A stretch of 64,000 nt of DNA, taken from contig OY762007.1 of assembly GCA_963665115.1 (NCBI GenBank), positions 6,784,001 to 6,848,000 of the forward strand, written 5' to 3'. The notes below the pieces were generated by a model, which did not search any database, was not told where the DNA came from, and saw only the letters and a list, made by a program, of their open reading frames with translations. The DNA is from an uncultured Rivularia sp. (GTDB lineage: Bacteria > Cyanobacteriota > Cyanobacteriia > Cyanobacteriales > Nostocaceae). Position numbers and translations under genes: made by a program. Shown here in pieces: positions 1-9,655 of the stretch; position 1 is the stretch's first letter, and each line of letters begins with the position of its first letter.

Positions 1-97
1 AATAAGTATTGTCCGCAAAAATAGTTCGGAGTTCGGAGTTAAGAGTTATAAATCCACAACTTATATTTTTTAATTAGTGATTTGTAACTGGTCACTG

Positions 98-168
98 TAT
101 GTCCCTTCGGGGCACGCTCCGCTAACGGGACACGCTATGTCCTATCGGACAGGCTCCGCTAACGCTAA
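98..168. repeat. Nested small dispersed repeats (SDR-like hairpin + GCTCCGCTAAC units)
   Basis: tgtcccttcggggcacgctccgctaac and tgtcctatcggacaggctccgctaac; relatives near 42480, 42554, 45130 and 51092. Confidence 0.7.
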
Positions 169-202
169 CACTGATAACTGTTCACTGTTCACGGGTAGGA
201 AA

Positions 203-697
203 ATGAAGTGTCTTAAATATTTAGCCTCCGCAGTTTTAATTAGTTCGAGTTTGAGCTTAGCTTACCCTGCGAAACCCGCACAAGCTCAAGTTGCATACGG
301 TAGTTATATTGGTGTTGGTGGTGCAGTTGGTGTATCTGATGGCGCTGATGTCGGAGGGGTTCTTGCCGTCCGCTACAAGCTTCTAGAAACACCCATATCT
401 TTCCGTACACAAGCTTTAATTGGTGAAAATACGGCGGTTGTACCTATGGTTTCTTACGATGTTCCTCTTAACTGGCAAACTGATGCTTATTTAGGGGCTG
501 GATTAGTTTTAGCTGGTGGAGATACACCTTCTCCCGTCGGTAATAAAGTCAGTTTTGCTTTGCAACCGGGTGTTGATTATATGGTACCTAACACCAACAC
601 TGTAATTTTTGGTAATGCAATTATTGCTTTTGATGCTTACCGTGATAAAAGTAGTACTGCTCTTTCCGTACAGGGTGGTGTCGGTTTGAGGTTTTAA
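203..697 (+). CDS. Secreted protein, probable small outer-membrane beta-barrel
   Basis: ATG at 203 after AGGA; signal peptide (LASAVLISSSLSLAYPAKPAQA), alternating beta-strand pattern, C-terminal Phe (GVGLRF). The ORF-track extension to 77 runs through repeats. Confidence 0.7.
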   Translation: MKCLKYLASAVLISSSLSLAYPAKPAQAQVAYGSYIGVGGAVGVSDGADVGGVLAVRYKLLETPISFRTQALIGENTAVVPMVSYDVPLNWQTDAYLGAGLVLAGGDTPSPVGNKVSFALQPGVDYMVPNTNTVIFGNAIIAFDAYRDKSSTALSVQGGVGLRF

Positions 698-701
698 TTA
701 A

Positions 702-1076
702 AGGGAGTAGTAAGTAGTAAGTAGGGAGTAGTAAGTAGGGAGTAGGGAGTAGTAAGTAGTAAGTAGGGAGTAGAAAGTAGAAAGTAGGGAGTAGTAAGTA
801 GGGAGTAGGGAGTAGGGAGTAGTAAGTAGGGAGTAGGTTTTTTGTTGTTTTGTTGTTTTTAGATTCAAATAAAAACCAATATATTCCTGTTAAGGAACCT
901 GCTTTTTTCAAAAACCAGGTTTCTAATTTTTTTCTTATAAGGTTTGAAAGACGCTCCTGCAAAACATCGAAGAAACAAATTTTGACTATTCCTACTCTCT
1001 ACTCTCTACTCTCTACTTACTACTTACTACTCCCTACTTTCTACTTTCTACTCCCTACTCCCCACTGCCCACTCCC
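702..1076. repeat. Inverted heptamer (STRR) arrays, (AGTAGGG/AGTAGTA)n ... (CCCTACT/TTACTAC)n, around a unique core
   Basis: Array at 702-836 and its complement at about 990-1076, between convergent genes. Confidence 0.85.
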
Positions 1077-1086
1077 TGAAGATCGA

Positions 1087-2670
1087 TCAAGCTATAATCC
1101 CATTCTCGAAATTACTTAATTCTTGCGCTTGAGCGGTGTAATTTTGACCGTATATTTTCGCGATTTTTCCGGTTTGCGCTAATATATTTCGCACTTGTTT
1201 ATTGGAAAAGTCACCGAGGTTAATATTACTTTGAAGCGCCATTCCTGCTGCAATCCCAATTCCTTGTGCAACACCGCAATTAAATTCTACAATTCTACCG
1301 GCAGAACAAGCATAGCCCTCGAATCCTGAAGCAGGGCTGATAACTGCTAAATTAGGTATATCTTTGATTATGGCGTGTTGAACGCCGATATTAAATAAAG
1401 GTTTTTGCAGGTGTAAAAGGTTTTCTATACGTTTTTGTTCTGCTCTTTTTCCTAAACCTTTGATGCCTCCGCGAATATCAAAATGATAACCAAAGGTTCC
1501 TAAAGCTTCTTCATTTCTAACTCCACCTGCAAGCATTTCTGCTCCGGTTAAAGAATCAATTGCTCCGGTAACGTTGCCTGCATGACGAATATATAGCTCA
1601 GAAGCTGGAGTGACTGTATTTGCACCAATAGTTGTAAACCATCGAATTACATAATTCATTTCCGCGAGCATTTTTGGAGTAGGTTTGGCTTTACCTCGTG
1701 CTAATGCTTCTGCATCGTCGGCATTTACATCATATAAGAATGCGTTCCAAGATAATCTGCCACCTGAAAGAATAGCAATGTTACCATTATCAAGAATTGC
1801 GCCGCTTTTTTCTAAAATTAACGGAGTTCCTCGGAAGGAATGGTAAGCGATGGAAAGAGCTTTGCAGCGCATATCAATGTAGTCTTTACCCACGTACATA
1901 GTTTTGAATTTACCATTTTTATCAACTAAGTCTTCTCTGAGACGGTTAGCGATTTCGGGGTTATTACCTCCTGCTTGATTTAACCAGTTTTGAGCATCTC
2001 TATCATTAAGATTGGTAAAGCGTTCGAGGTAAAGTTTTTCTATATGTTTGAGTCTTTCTACGCTTAAACCTTGAGTTTGAAATACTAAAGTAACTGAAAG
2101 TTCAGAATTAGGTAAGCCGAAGGTTTCAAATCCTTTGAGTTTTTTTACACCAGCAGCTTGGGCTAATTCTGCATTAACGGTAGAGTCAATAAATTGTTTA
2201 GCAAAATATGTTTCTTTTTTAGTTAAATTAATTCCAACAATTTGATTTCCGTGCTTGGTAACTGACTCAATTTCAATATTGCTTAGTATATCGGCGTGAA
2301 TTTCTTGCAACATCTCCCGCAATACTTTATCTGCTAGCCGTGGATCTAAAGCAACTTGTACCACTCCAACTCTTTGCAAAAATTCTTCGTAAATAGCAGG
2401 TGCCTCTCCGAAAGATTGTAAATTGTATGCTCTACGAATTTCTAAAGGAATGGACGATCTATCTAAGTAGCTTAAACCACCGCGTACTAAGTGCCCGCCT
2501 ATGCCTTTTCGCGAATCACCTTTGAACATTAGCAAGCTGCGCGGGTATTGATTTGTACGGCGGTAATATTCCCGTGCTGCACAGATTAAGCTTAGTATAC
2601 CGGGAAGTTCATCTCCAAAAGCAATTATGTCATAGGTTCGGGTTTTGTATCCAAGTGTAGTTTGAGGCAT
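1087..2670 (-). CDS. FAD-dependent oxidoreductase family protein
   Basis: YDIIAFGDELPG, GGHLVRGGLSYLD, FIDSTVNAELA, GTFGYHFDIRGG resemble the FAD_oxidored family. Confidence 0.75.
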   Translation of the reverse strand: MPQTTLGYKTRTYDIIAFGDELPGILSLICAAREYYRRTNQYPRSLLMFKGDSRKGIGGHLVRGGLSYLDRSSIPLEIRRAYNLQSFGEAPAIYEEFLQRVGVVQVALDPRLADKVLREMLQEIHADILSNIEIESVTKHGNQIVGINLTKKETYFAKQFIDSTVNAELAQAAGVKKLKGFETFGLPNSELSVTLVFQTQGLSVERLKHIEKLYLERFTNLNDRDAQNWLNQAGGNNPEIANRLREDLVDKNGKFKTMYVGKDYIDMRCKALSIAYHSFRGTPLILEKSGAILDNGNIAILSGGRLSWNAFLYDVNADDAEALARGKAKPTPKMLAEMNYVIRWFTTIGANTVTPASELYIRHAGNVTGAIDSLTGAEMLAGGVRNEEALGTFGYHFDIRGGIKGLGKRAEQKRIENLLHLQKPLFNIGVQHAIIKDIPNLAVISPASGFEGYACSAGRIVEFNCGVAQGIGIAAGMALQSNINLGDFSNKQVRNILAQTGKIAKIYGQNYTAQAQELSNFENGIIA

Positions 2671-2926
2671 AATTTTTTCTCATAATTATTAATTTCTATG
2701 AAAAATCAACAGCGTATATTTTTATAATTACGGAGAAACTAGGGTACCCGAAAGGGTAGTTTAAGATATTAATTAACTTAGTTAGAACGTTAAATATAAT
2801 TATTTACTGATTCAGGGAACTTAGACAACAATTAATGATTCTAATATCGCGTAGTTATGTCTATATTCTTTGATGAATAAAGCATAATTGCTTAAAACGA
2901 AGAAAACAAATAGTCGAAGAATAAAT

Positions 2927-3187
2927 ATGAATTTTTCATTTAGTAGAGTTGCAACTGAAGTTACCTCTCAACAAATTAAGCAAGTTAAAAAATGGATTTA
3001 CCAGTATTTTGAAATTGATGATGATATTTCCATCTCTCTCAGTCAGTTACAGTGTAAGGAAGAAGATTGTCCGCCAATTGAAACGGTAATTTCGGTGATG
3101 ACTAATCCCGTACAGCAGTATAAAATCCATAAAAAAATTACAGATATTCAATCTACAGATATTTATCTTCTCGTACAAGATAATTAA
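2927..3187 (+). CDS. Small conserved-looking hypothetical protein (CxxxxCPPxETV motif)
   Basis: ATG at 2927; motif LQCKEEDCPPIETVI. Confidence 0.6.
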   Translation: MNFSFSRVATEVTSQQIKQVKKWIYQYFEIDDDISISLSQLQCKEEDCPPIETVISVMTNPVQQYKIHKKITDIQSTDIYLLVQDN

Positions 3188-3483
3188 ATTAACATTAAAT
3201 ATTTGCTTCTTTAGCGAACGGGGAACAGGGAACGGGAAAAATAATTATATATATTCAGAAATAATGTTATCTGGAAAACACGGTAATCTTTGCTTAGTAA
3301 GTATTTCATGGCTTTTACCGAAATCGTAGCATTCGTTTGTATTCAAGAACCTATTTTATTAATTTCGATTATTTTTAAAACTATAGTTATAGACGACATA
3401 AACCCAGTTTCGGGTAATTAAATCGGAATGGAAGATTGTCGGTAAACACAGAGCAGTAACTGGCTTTGCTTACAGGATAAGAA

Positions 3484-3513
3484 TAGTGAGACGTAGCAGT
3501 GCTACGTCTCTAC
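3484..3513. repeat. Palindromic dispersed repeat GAGACGTAGCA(G/C)TGCTACGTCTC
   Basis: Near-identical copy at 4303-4334; variant at 53469-53499; lies just past the 3' end of a gene. Confidence 0.8.
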
Positions 3514-3521
3514 ACAAAGTT

Positions 3522-4037
3522 TTAATGGCTGCCAGCCCAGCTTGTCCATCTGGGAGATTGATTTGCAATGTCAGATTTCATAAAACCCGTATCATTACTA
3601 TCTGCTTCATTGATATTACTATCGGTCAAATTAGCATCTTTTAAATTTGCTTTGGTTAAGTCAGCACCACTGAGTTCTGCTTCTGCAAGGTTTGCTTCAT
3701 ACATATTCGCATTTGTTAAATTTGCACTCCGCAAATCGGCTTTTTGCAAGTTAGCTCTTTCTAAATTGGCGTTAGTTAAGTCTGCTCCAATTAGATTTAT
3801 TTCGCTAAGATTTGCACCACTTAGATCGGCTCCACTTAAATCGGCATCAGTTAGATTTGCTCGACTTAAATTACATCCTTTAAGTTTAGCCCCACTTAAA
3901 TCGGCTCCGCTTAAGTCTGCTGCACATAAGTTTAGACCGTTTAAGTCAGTATTTTGAAGATTTGCTTGATGGAGAATAGCTCCATGAAAATCTTTTTCTC
4001 CGACTCCATGTCGGCTCAAAAGCTGATTAACTTCCAT
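3522..4037 (-). CDS. Pentapeptide repeat protein
   Basis: Tandem A(D/N)Lxx repeats. Confidence 0.92.
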   Translation of the reverse strand: MEVNQLLSRHGVGEKDFHGAILHQANLQNTDLNGLNLCAADLSGADLSGAKLKGCNLSRANLTDADLSGADLSGANLSEINLIGADLTNANLERANLQKADLRSANLTNANMYEANLAEAELSGADLTKANLKDANLTDSNINEADSNDTGFMKSDIANQSPRWTSWAGSH

Positions 4038-4302
4038 ATTGTCACCTTTTTTGCTTTTAGCAATAGATAAGTTAATAAATACATCTCGATTTATTAACGG
4101 TAACGCTCTTAATTTTCGTATTGAGTTGTTTGATTTATCTAATTTGGGGGTAATTAAAATTAAGTTGAACCCAATGAACTTATTCTGCTAAAATTTTCCT
4201 GATGTGGAACGTTTACTTAAAATAATGATGTAAAAGTATTAAAAAGTTATCTATTCTTATATTTTTTTCTTAATTGTACTTATTTTTTAACTTAGCAACG
4301 TT

Positions 4303-4334
4303 GTAGTGAGACGTAGCACTGCTACGTCTCTACA
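4303..4334. repeat. Palindromic dispersed repeat (second copy)
   Basis: gtagtgagacgtagcactgctacgtctctaca. Confidence 0.8.
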
Positions 4335-4347
4335 TTAATTATCTTGG

Positions 4348-5347
4348 CTATAGCTGAAATAATCCTACTTTAGAGTTATTTTCTGCGTCTTTTTGTCGTA
4401 ATTCCAATAGTTTTTGTTCGATTACTTCGCTAATTAACTTATTCCCTTCTAAATTAAAATGAATGTGGTCGTGATACAAAGCTTTTGGGTCTTGAGAAGA
4501 ATTGAATATAGGTAGAAAATCTATATAGATAATATCTTGAGTTTTAGTAAATTCTTGCAAGCGTTGACGTTCTTTAATTTCATAGTCGCGAGGCCCCCGG
4601 TTCCCCGATTTCTCGCTTCAAGGGAGTCATAGCTAGTAAAAATAAAGCATTGTTTTCGCGAGTAAATTGTTGAATTTTACTAATGGCTTTTAAGTTACTA
4701 CCAACGCGATCGCCACTTTCGTTTTGAATTTCGTTTAATCCCGGTATAGGCTTTTGCTTGAGGATATAACGGTTTAATATTTCTGAAGCAGCCAGAGGTG
4801 GTTTTTCCGAAGGATAATTGCGATCTCGTCCTACTTGTAGTGGAGTGGGTGTGGTTGAGAATAAGTCATCGGTATTAATTAGCAGCACGATAACCTTAGA
4901 GCCAAAACTACCAAACCTTTGTAAATAGGCTAATTCATTTCTCGGTCCCCAGGAATTAGCAGAAGCGTTTAATACTTCGACTTGCGTAATATTTTCAGAT
5001 AGATCGGATAAATTTGATTTCAAAGAACGCATCATCAAGTTAGAAATCGTATTCTCTTGGTCAGTCCACCAACCACCATTAGCGATAGAATCTCCTAAAA
5101 GCAATATTCGCATCGTTGAAGGTAAAGGTGTTTCTTGGATATTGGCACCTCGCATCGAATACTGATTAATTTCTATACGATTGCCAAAGCGACGAGTACG
5201 TTGAGAAGGAGTTAATAAATAACCAATTTTTTCATCACCGATATAAGTCAAAGGATTGCCAAAACCAAACAGCAAGCGCAATCCAATTTCTGTAACTACA
5301 AATAATCCGATAATCGCTGCAACAATAACTAATAAAATAAATCTCAC
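4348..5347 (-). CDS. SGNH/GDSL hydrolase family protein (apparent +1 frameshift at 4594-4598)
   Basis: LLLGDSI, ASANSWGP, INTDD in 4580-5347; catalytic DHIH in 4348-4560; removing one base of the C5 run joins them as GEPGPRDYEIKERQRLQEF. Confidence 0.85.
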
Positions 5348-5658
5348 CGTTTAATACCTTTTTTCGTGTGATGGCACAATGTGATGACACAAATTACACC
5401 AATATACACGACGGGGGAGGGGGAGATGGGGAGATGGGGAGAGGGGGTAGAGGGGGTAGAGGGGGGAGAAGAATTTAATTTATAAATCAATGCCCAATGC
5501 CCAATGCCCAATGCCCTATGCCCTATGCCCATTCTTCGTTTACTTTTCTTAAGAAAATTGTTATCTGAATGTTTCGCTTATATCTGCTTATATAGGAAGT
5601 AACGGACTAAAATCAAGGCGGATCGTTTCGTCGAAATTGATAAGGGAGGATAATTTTT

Positions 5659-5799
5659 ATGTCCGATTTAAATCGAGGAATAATGAAGTTTAAAGGTGCG
5701 GATACTACTAAGGCTGTAACTATTTCTACCGTTCTGCTACTCGGTTCGATTGCATTACTTATAATTTGGGCATTACAGGTGGCTTACGCGGTAAACTAA
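5659..5799 (+). CDS. 46-aa single-pass membrane microprotein (not in ORF track)
   Basis: GGAGG RBS at 5645-5649, ATG 5659, MSDLNRGIMKFKGADTTKAVTISTVLLLGSIALLIIWALQVAYAVN, stop TAA. Confidence 0.8.
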   Translation: MSDLNRGIMKFKGADTTKAVTISTVLLLGSIALLIIWALQVAYAVN

Positions 5800-5966
5800 G
5801 AAACTAGCTACTCGCTTATATTAGGGCGCGAAATGTATTACGTATGTGTTAAGCTTGTAGACTTTTCTTTGCTTACCTTTTTGTAAAGAAATGTTGAACA
5901 AAAACACAACAAGAATTTTTAATTTTTGTTTATCACTGACAATTCGTCTTTTCGCTTACGTTGGAT

Positions 5967-6001
5967 TCTAAGGGGTGCGGACTATATTATCGCCCCTTAG
6001 A
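5967..6001. terminator. Stem-loop upstream of the PlsY fusion gene
   Basis: tctaaggggtg...cgccccttaga inverted repeat. Confidence 0.45.
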
Positions 6002-6067
6002 CCGTTATTAAACTTCTAAAAATAAGACTTTAGATTTTAGATTAAAGAAAAATCAAAAATCAATTAT

Positions 6068-8938
6068 ATGTTTGAACTGTGGGGTGCTTTATTTATTTTT
6101 ATTTTCTGTCCCCTTTTAGGTGGATTACCAGTAATTTCCTGGATTACCAATGCTTTAGCTAAGCGTCGGTTGGCCCAAATCGGTACTGGTAATATTGGCG
6201 TTAGTGCTGCTTTCTATCATGGTGGAACTTTGGTAGGAGTTCTGGCTGTTTTGTCGGAAGCTCTTAAAGGAGTTATTGCAGTTTTAATCGCACGTGCTTT
6301 TTTTGATAGTGGTTCCTACTGGGAAATAGTTGCCTTAATCGCTTTGGTAATGGGTAGATTTTGGATGAGCAAGGGCGCGGGTACTACTAACGTTGTCTGG
6401 GGATTTGCGGTACACGATCCGATGGCGGCAGCGTTTGTATTTTTAGTGGGTAGTATCAGCTTTCTGCTTTTGCGTTCCAAGGAATTAGCTAAGTATGGGG
6501 TGTTGGTTCTGTTCCCCTTGATTGTGGCTGTACTGCATTTTGACAATATACCCCACATTTTGGCGGCGGTCGTTTTAGCGGGTTTACTTGCTTGGATTTA
6601 CCAACAAATTCCCGATGACTTAAATTTAAAAGCATCCGAAGCGAAACCGGAGTCACAAGCGATGTTTCAGTTGTTGCGCGGCGATCAAAAAATACTTTCT
6701 CTGGATAATGAATTAGATGCTGCAATCGTGGGAAATAAAGCAGCTAGATCCTCCGAAATGAAGCGTGTTGGTTATCCAGTTCCCAAAGGTTGGGTACTGA
6801 CTCCGATGGATGAACCACAAATGCTGATAGATTTTCTTCAACCGTCGGATTTATCTCCTCTTGCAGTACGTTCTTCAGCGTTAGGAGAAGATACAGAGGA
6901 AGCTAGCGGGGCGGGACAATACGAAACTGTTTTGAACGTTACGACAAAAGAAGGTTTACAGCAAGCGATTAGTACAGTTCGCGCTTCTTACGAGCATCCA
7001 GCAGCAGCTCAATATCGTCGCGATCGCAATTTAAAAGAAACTGCAATGGCGGTATTGATTCAGCAACAAATCCAAGGAGTATTTTCTGGAGTTGCTTTTA
7101 GTCGCGATCCAATTACTCAAGAAAATGATGCTGTAGTAATTGAAGCAGCGGCGGGTAGTGCGGCTCAAGTAGTTTCCGGTAGATATACGCCGGAACAATA
7201 TCGAGCTTTTGTAGTGAAAACAGAGAATTTGTCTTCGGTGCATTTGGAAGGTGAAGGACAAATCCCTGCCGTTTTAATCAAGCAAGTAGCTTATTTAGCC
7301 CGCCAAATCGAACAACACTATCACGGTATTCCCCAAGATATCGAGTGGAGTTATGACGGTCAAACTTTGTGGATATTGCAAGTTCGTCCTATCACCACTT
7401 TATTACCTATTTGGACGCGCAAAATTGCTGCTGAAGTAATTCCTGGAATTATTCATCCCTTAACTTGGTCAATTAATCGTCCCTTAACTTGTGGCTCTTG
7501 GGGAGGAATTTTTGCGGTAGTATTGGGCGAACGCGCTATAGGTTTAGATTTCAACGAAACGGCAACGCTTCACTTTTCTAGAGCTTATTTTAACGCCAGT
7601 CTTTTAGGAAAGATTTTCTTACGCATGGGTTTGCCTCCCGAAAGTTTAGAATTTCTAACTAGAGGTGCAAAGATGAGCAAACCGCCTCTAAACTCTACCT
7701 TGTCAAACTTTCCCGGATTGCTGCGATTGCTGACAAGGGAGTTCAGTTTAGAAAAAGATTTTAAGCGAGATTATCGCAAGCGGTTTCAGCCCGGATTGTC
7801 TGAATTAACGCAAAAATCATTACTTGAACTCGATCAAGGCCAGCTTTTAGAAAGAATTGAATTTATTTTAGAACTGCTTAAGAACGCCACTTATTACAGC
7901 ATTATGGCTCCCTTAAGCGCTGCGATTAGACAAGGAATTTTTAAACCAAAAGATAGTGACATTGATAACAGTGCCGCTCCCGAAGTTGCAGCCTTGCGAG
8001 AACTTGGGGAATTAGCCGCAGAAGCAAAATTGATATTACCAGAATTTGATTCAGAAACTTTGTTTGAGGATCTAGCAGTTTCCACACCAGGACAAAAAAT
8101 TCTGGAAGACTTTGAAACGTTACTTAATCGTTACGGTTATCTGAGTGATGTTGGAACCGATATCGCCGTACCCACCTGGAGAGAAGAACCCGAGGCAGTC
8201 AAACTGTTGTTTATCCAGTTAATGCAAGGAAACCAACCTCCAGCAAACAAACGCAAGCGGAGGGGAATAGTACAAAGTCGCGTAGATTTGAAAGGACGAG
8301 TTACAGAAGTTTATTCCCGATTGCTCGCACAGTTACGCTGGAGTTTTATCGCCTTAGAACGAAATTGGTTGCAAAACGGTTCGATTCAAAAACCCGGAGA
8401 TATATTTTTCTTAGAAATCAAAGAAATCCGCAAAATTATCAACGATTCCGATTATCAACTGATTAGTAATTTAACAGAGTTAGTCAAAATAAGAAAAACA
8501 CAACTAGCAGAAGATGGTGAACTTAATCCCGCACCACTGTTAGTTTACGGTAATGCACCTCCGCTATCAGTTTTCTTATCCAGTCCTTCCTTGGTTCCCG
8601 ACGGAATGTTAACAGGAATTCCTGCCAGTCACGGGCTAGTTGAAGGCAGAGTAAAAGTGTTGCGAAATTTACAGGCAGTTCCAGATATTGATAAGCAAAC
8701 AATTTTGGTAGTTCCTTATACAGATTCAGGCTGGGTTGCTTTACTGGCAAGGGCTGGTGGATTGATAGCCGAAGCTGGTGGAAGGCTGAGTCACGGCGCA
8801 ATTATCGCTCGCGAGTACGGAATTCCCGCAGTAATGGACGTACATAATGCTACTTGGTTATTGCAAGATGGGCAGCGAGTACGGATTGATGGCTCTAGGG
8901 GAATTATTGAGATATCGAATGATTTAAGACCGGATTGA
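6068..8938 (+). CDS. PlsY-like glycerol-3-phosphate acyltransferase domain fused to PEP-utilizing (PPDK-N ATP-grasp + phospho-His swivel) domains
   Basis: GTGNIGVS, EALKG, KGAG in the N-terminal membrane region; VRSSALGED, SGVAFSRDP, QDIEW, LQVRPIT; C-terminal GGRLSHGAIIAREYGIPAV. Confidence 0.85.
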   Translation: MFELWGALFIFIFCPLLGGLPVISWITNALAKRRLAQIGTGNIGVSAAFYHGGTLVGVLAVLSEALKGVIAVLIARAFFDSGSYWEIVALIALVMGRFWMSKGAGTTNVVWGFAVHDPMAAAFVFLVGSISFLLLRSKELAKYGVLVLFPLIVAVLHFDNIPHILAAVVLAGLLAWIYQQIPDDLNLKASEAKPESQAMFQLLRGDQKILSLDNELDAAIVGNKAARSSEMKRVGYPVPKGWVLTPMDEPQMLIDFLQPSDLSPLAVRSSALGEDTEEASGAGQYETVLNVTTKEGLQQAISTVRASYEHPAAAQYRRDRNLKETAMAVLIQQQIQGVFSGVAFSRDPITQENDAVVIEAAAGSAAQVVSGRYTPEQYRAFVVKTENLSSVHLEGEGQIPAVLIKQVAYLARQIEQHYHGIPQDIEWSYDGQTLWILQVRPITTLLPIWTRKIAAEVIPGIIHPLTWSINRPLTCGSWGGIFAVVLGERAIGLDFNETATLHFSRAYFNASLLGKIFLRMGLPPESLEFLTRGAKMSKPPLNSTLSNFPGLLRLLTREFSLEKDFKRDYRKRFQPGLSELTQKSLLELDQGQLLERIEFILELLKNATYYSIMAPLSAAIRQGIFKPKDSDIDNSAAPEVAALRELGELAAEAKLILPEFDSETLFEDLAVSTPGQKILEDFETLLNRYGYLSDVGTDIAVPTWREEPEAVKLLFIQLMQGNQPPANKRKRRGIVQSRVDLKGRVTEVYSRLLAQLRWSFIALERNWLQNGSIQKPGDIFFLEIKEIRKIINDSDYQLISNLTELVKIRKTQLAEDGELNPAPLLVYGNAPPLSVFLSSPSLVPDGMLTGIPASHGLVEGRVKVLRNLQAVPDIDKQTILVVPYTDSGWVALLARAGGLIAEAGGRLSHGAIIAREYGIPAVMDVHNATWLLQDGQRVRIDGSRGIIEISNDLRPD

Positions 8939-8950
8939 GGAGATGGTAAG

Positions 8951-9004
8951 CCACTGCGTTGCGGGGGTTCCCCCCCGTTGTAGCAAGTGGCGCAACCCGT
9001 AGGG
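8951..9004. repeat. Small dispersed palindromic repeat
   Basis: ccactgcgttgcgggggttccccccc...gcaagtgg...cccgtaggg; relative of the insert at 51092-51167. Confidence 0.7.
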
Positions 9005-9052
9005 GGAGACAAGGGGACAAGGAGATGGGGAGAAATTTAAATTCACAACCTT

Positions 9053-9168
9053 GTTAATAGCAGGGAGTGAGACGTTATTAGCAGGGAGCAAGACGTTAAT
9101 AGCAGGGAGCAAGACGTTATTAGCAGGGAGCGAGACGTTATTAGCAGGGAGCGAGACGCTCCCACTAC
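9053..9168. repeat. 21-bp tandem repeat x5 ending in a hairpin
   Basis: GTTA(A/T)TAGCAGGGAG(T/C)(G/A)AGAC units at 9053, 9074, 9095, 9116, 9137, followed by GCTCCCACTAC; no spacers. Confidence 0.9.
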
Positions 9169-9252
9169 GTTTTTAACTCCTACTCTTTACTATTCCCAAT
9201 GCCCAATGCCCAATGCCCAATTACCAATTACCAATTACCAATTACCAATTTC

Positions 9253-9597
9253 ATGAAATTTACTTCGTTAAACAATTTATCCGAAGAAGCAGTTTCTCAT
9301 AATCCGGAAATTAAGAAAAAGGTAATGTTGCGATTTGGGGATTTACCTCACCTAACTAATTTCTCTCAAGCTCGTTTTGCTCCGGGGCAATCGGCATCAG
9401 CACACGCTCATCAGGATATGTGCGAGGTTTTTTTTGTGGAATCGGGTTCGGGCTTGATTCGGGTTGATGATAAAGAATATTCTTTGCTTCCCGGTAGTTG
9501 TGTGGCGGTGGAAGCGGGGGAAGTTCATGAAGTTATTAATAATGGCGAGGATGAATTGGTGCTGACTTATTTTGGGTTGCGGGTGGAGAAGAGATAA
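9253..9597 (+). CDS. Cupin domain protein
   Basis: HAHQDMCEVFFV...GEVHEV metal-binding cupin motifs; ATG at 9253 (upstream extension is STRR). Confidence 0.9.
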   Translation: MKFTSLNNLSEEAVSHNPEIKKKVMLRFGDLPHLTNFSQARFAPGQSASAHAHQDMCEVFFVESGSGLIRVDDKEYSLLPGSCVAVEAGEVHEVINNGEDELVLTYFGLRVEKR

Positions 9598-9655
9598 AAA
9601 ATTATTGAAACCGAATTAAGCTAATAGTAATCGCTCAACGACTCGGAGTAGTAAT

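Noticed and set aside
621..1119. ORFs 621-962 and 850-1119 (also 5344-5532, 29936-30181, 32144-32425, 39653-39844, 61503-61724)
   Set aside because: Translations of heptamer STRR arrays (LLPTPYS, PMPNPQC); not credible proteins.
3568..3957. Antisense ORFs over pentapeptide genes (also 23663-24253) and other shadow ORFs inside long genes
   Set aside because: Open antisense frames are expected from repetitive or biased codon use; the opposite strand has the recognisable protein.
9053..9168. CRISPR array
   Set aside because: The 21-bp units are contiguous with no unique spacers, and there are no cas genes in the window.
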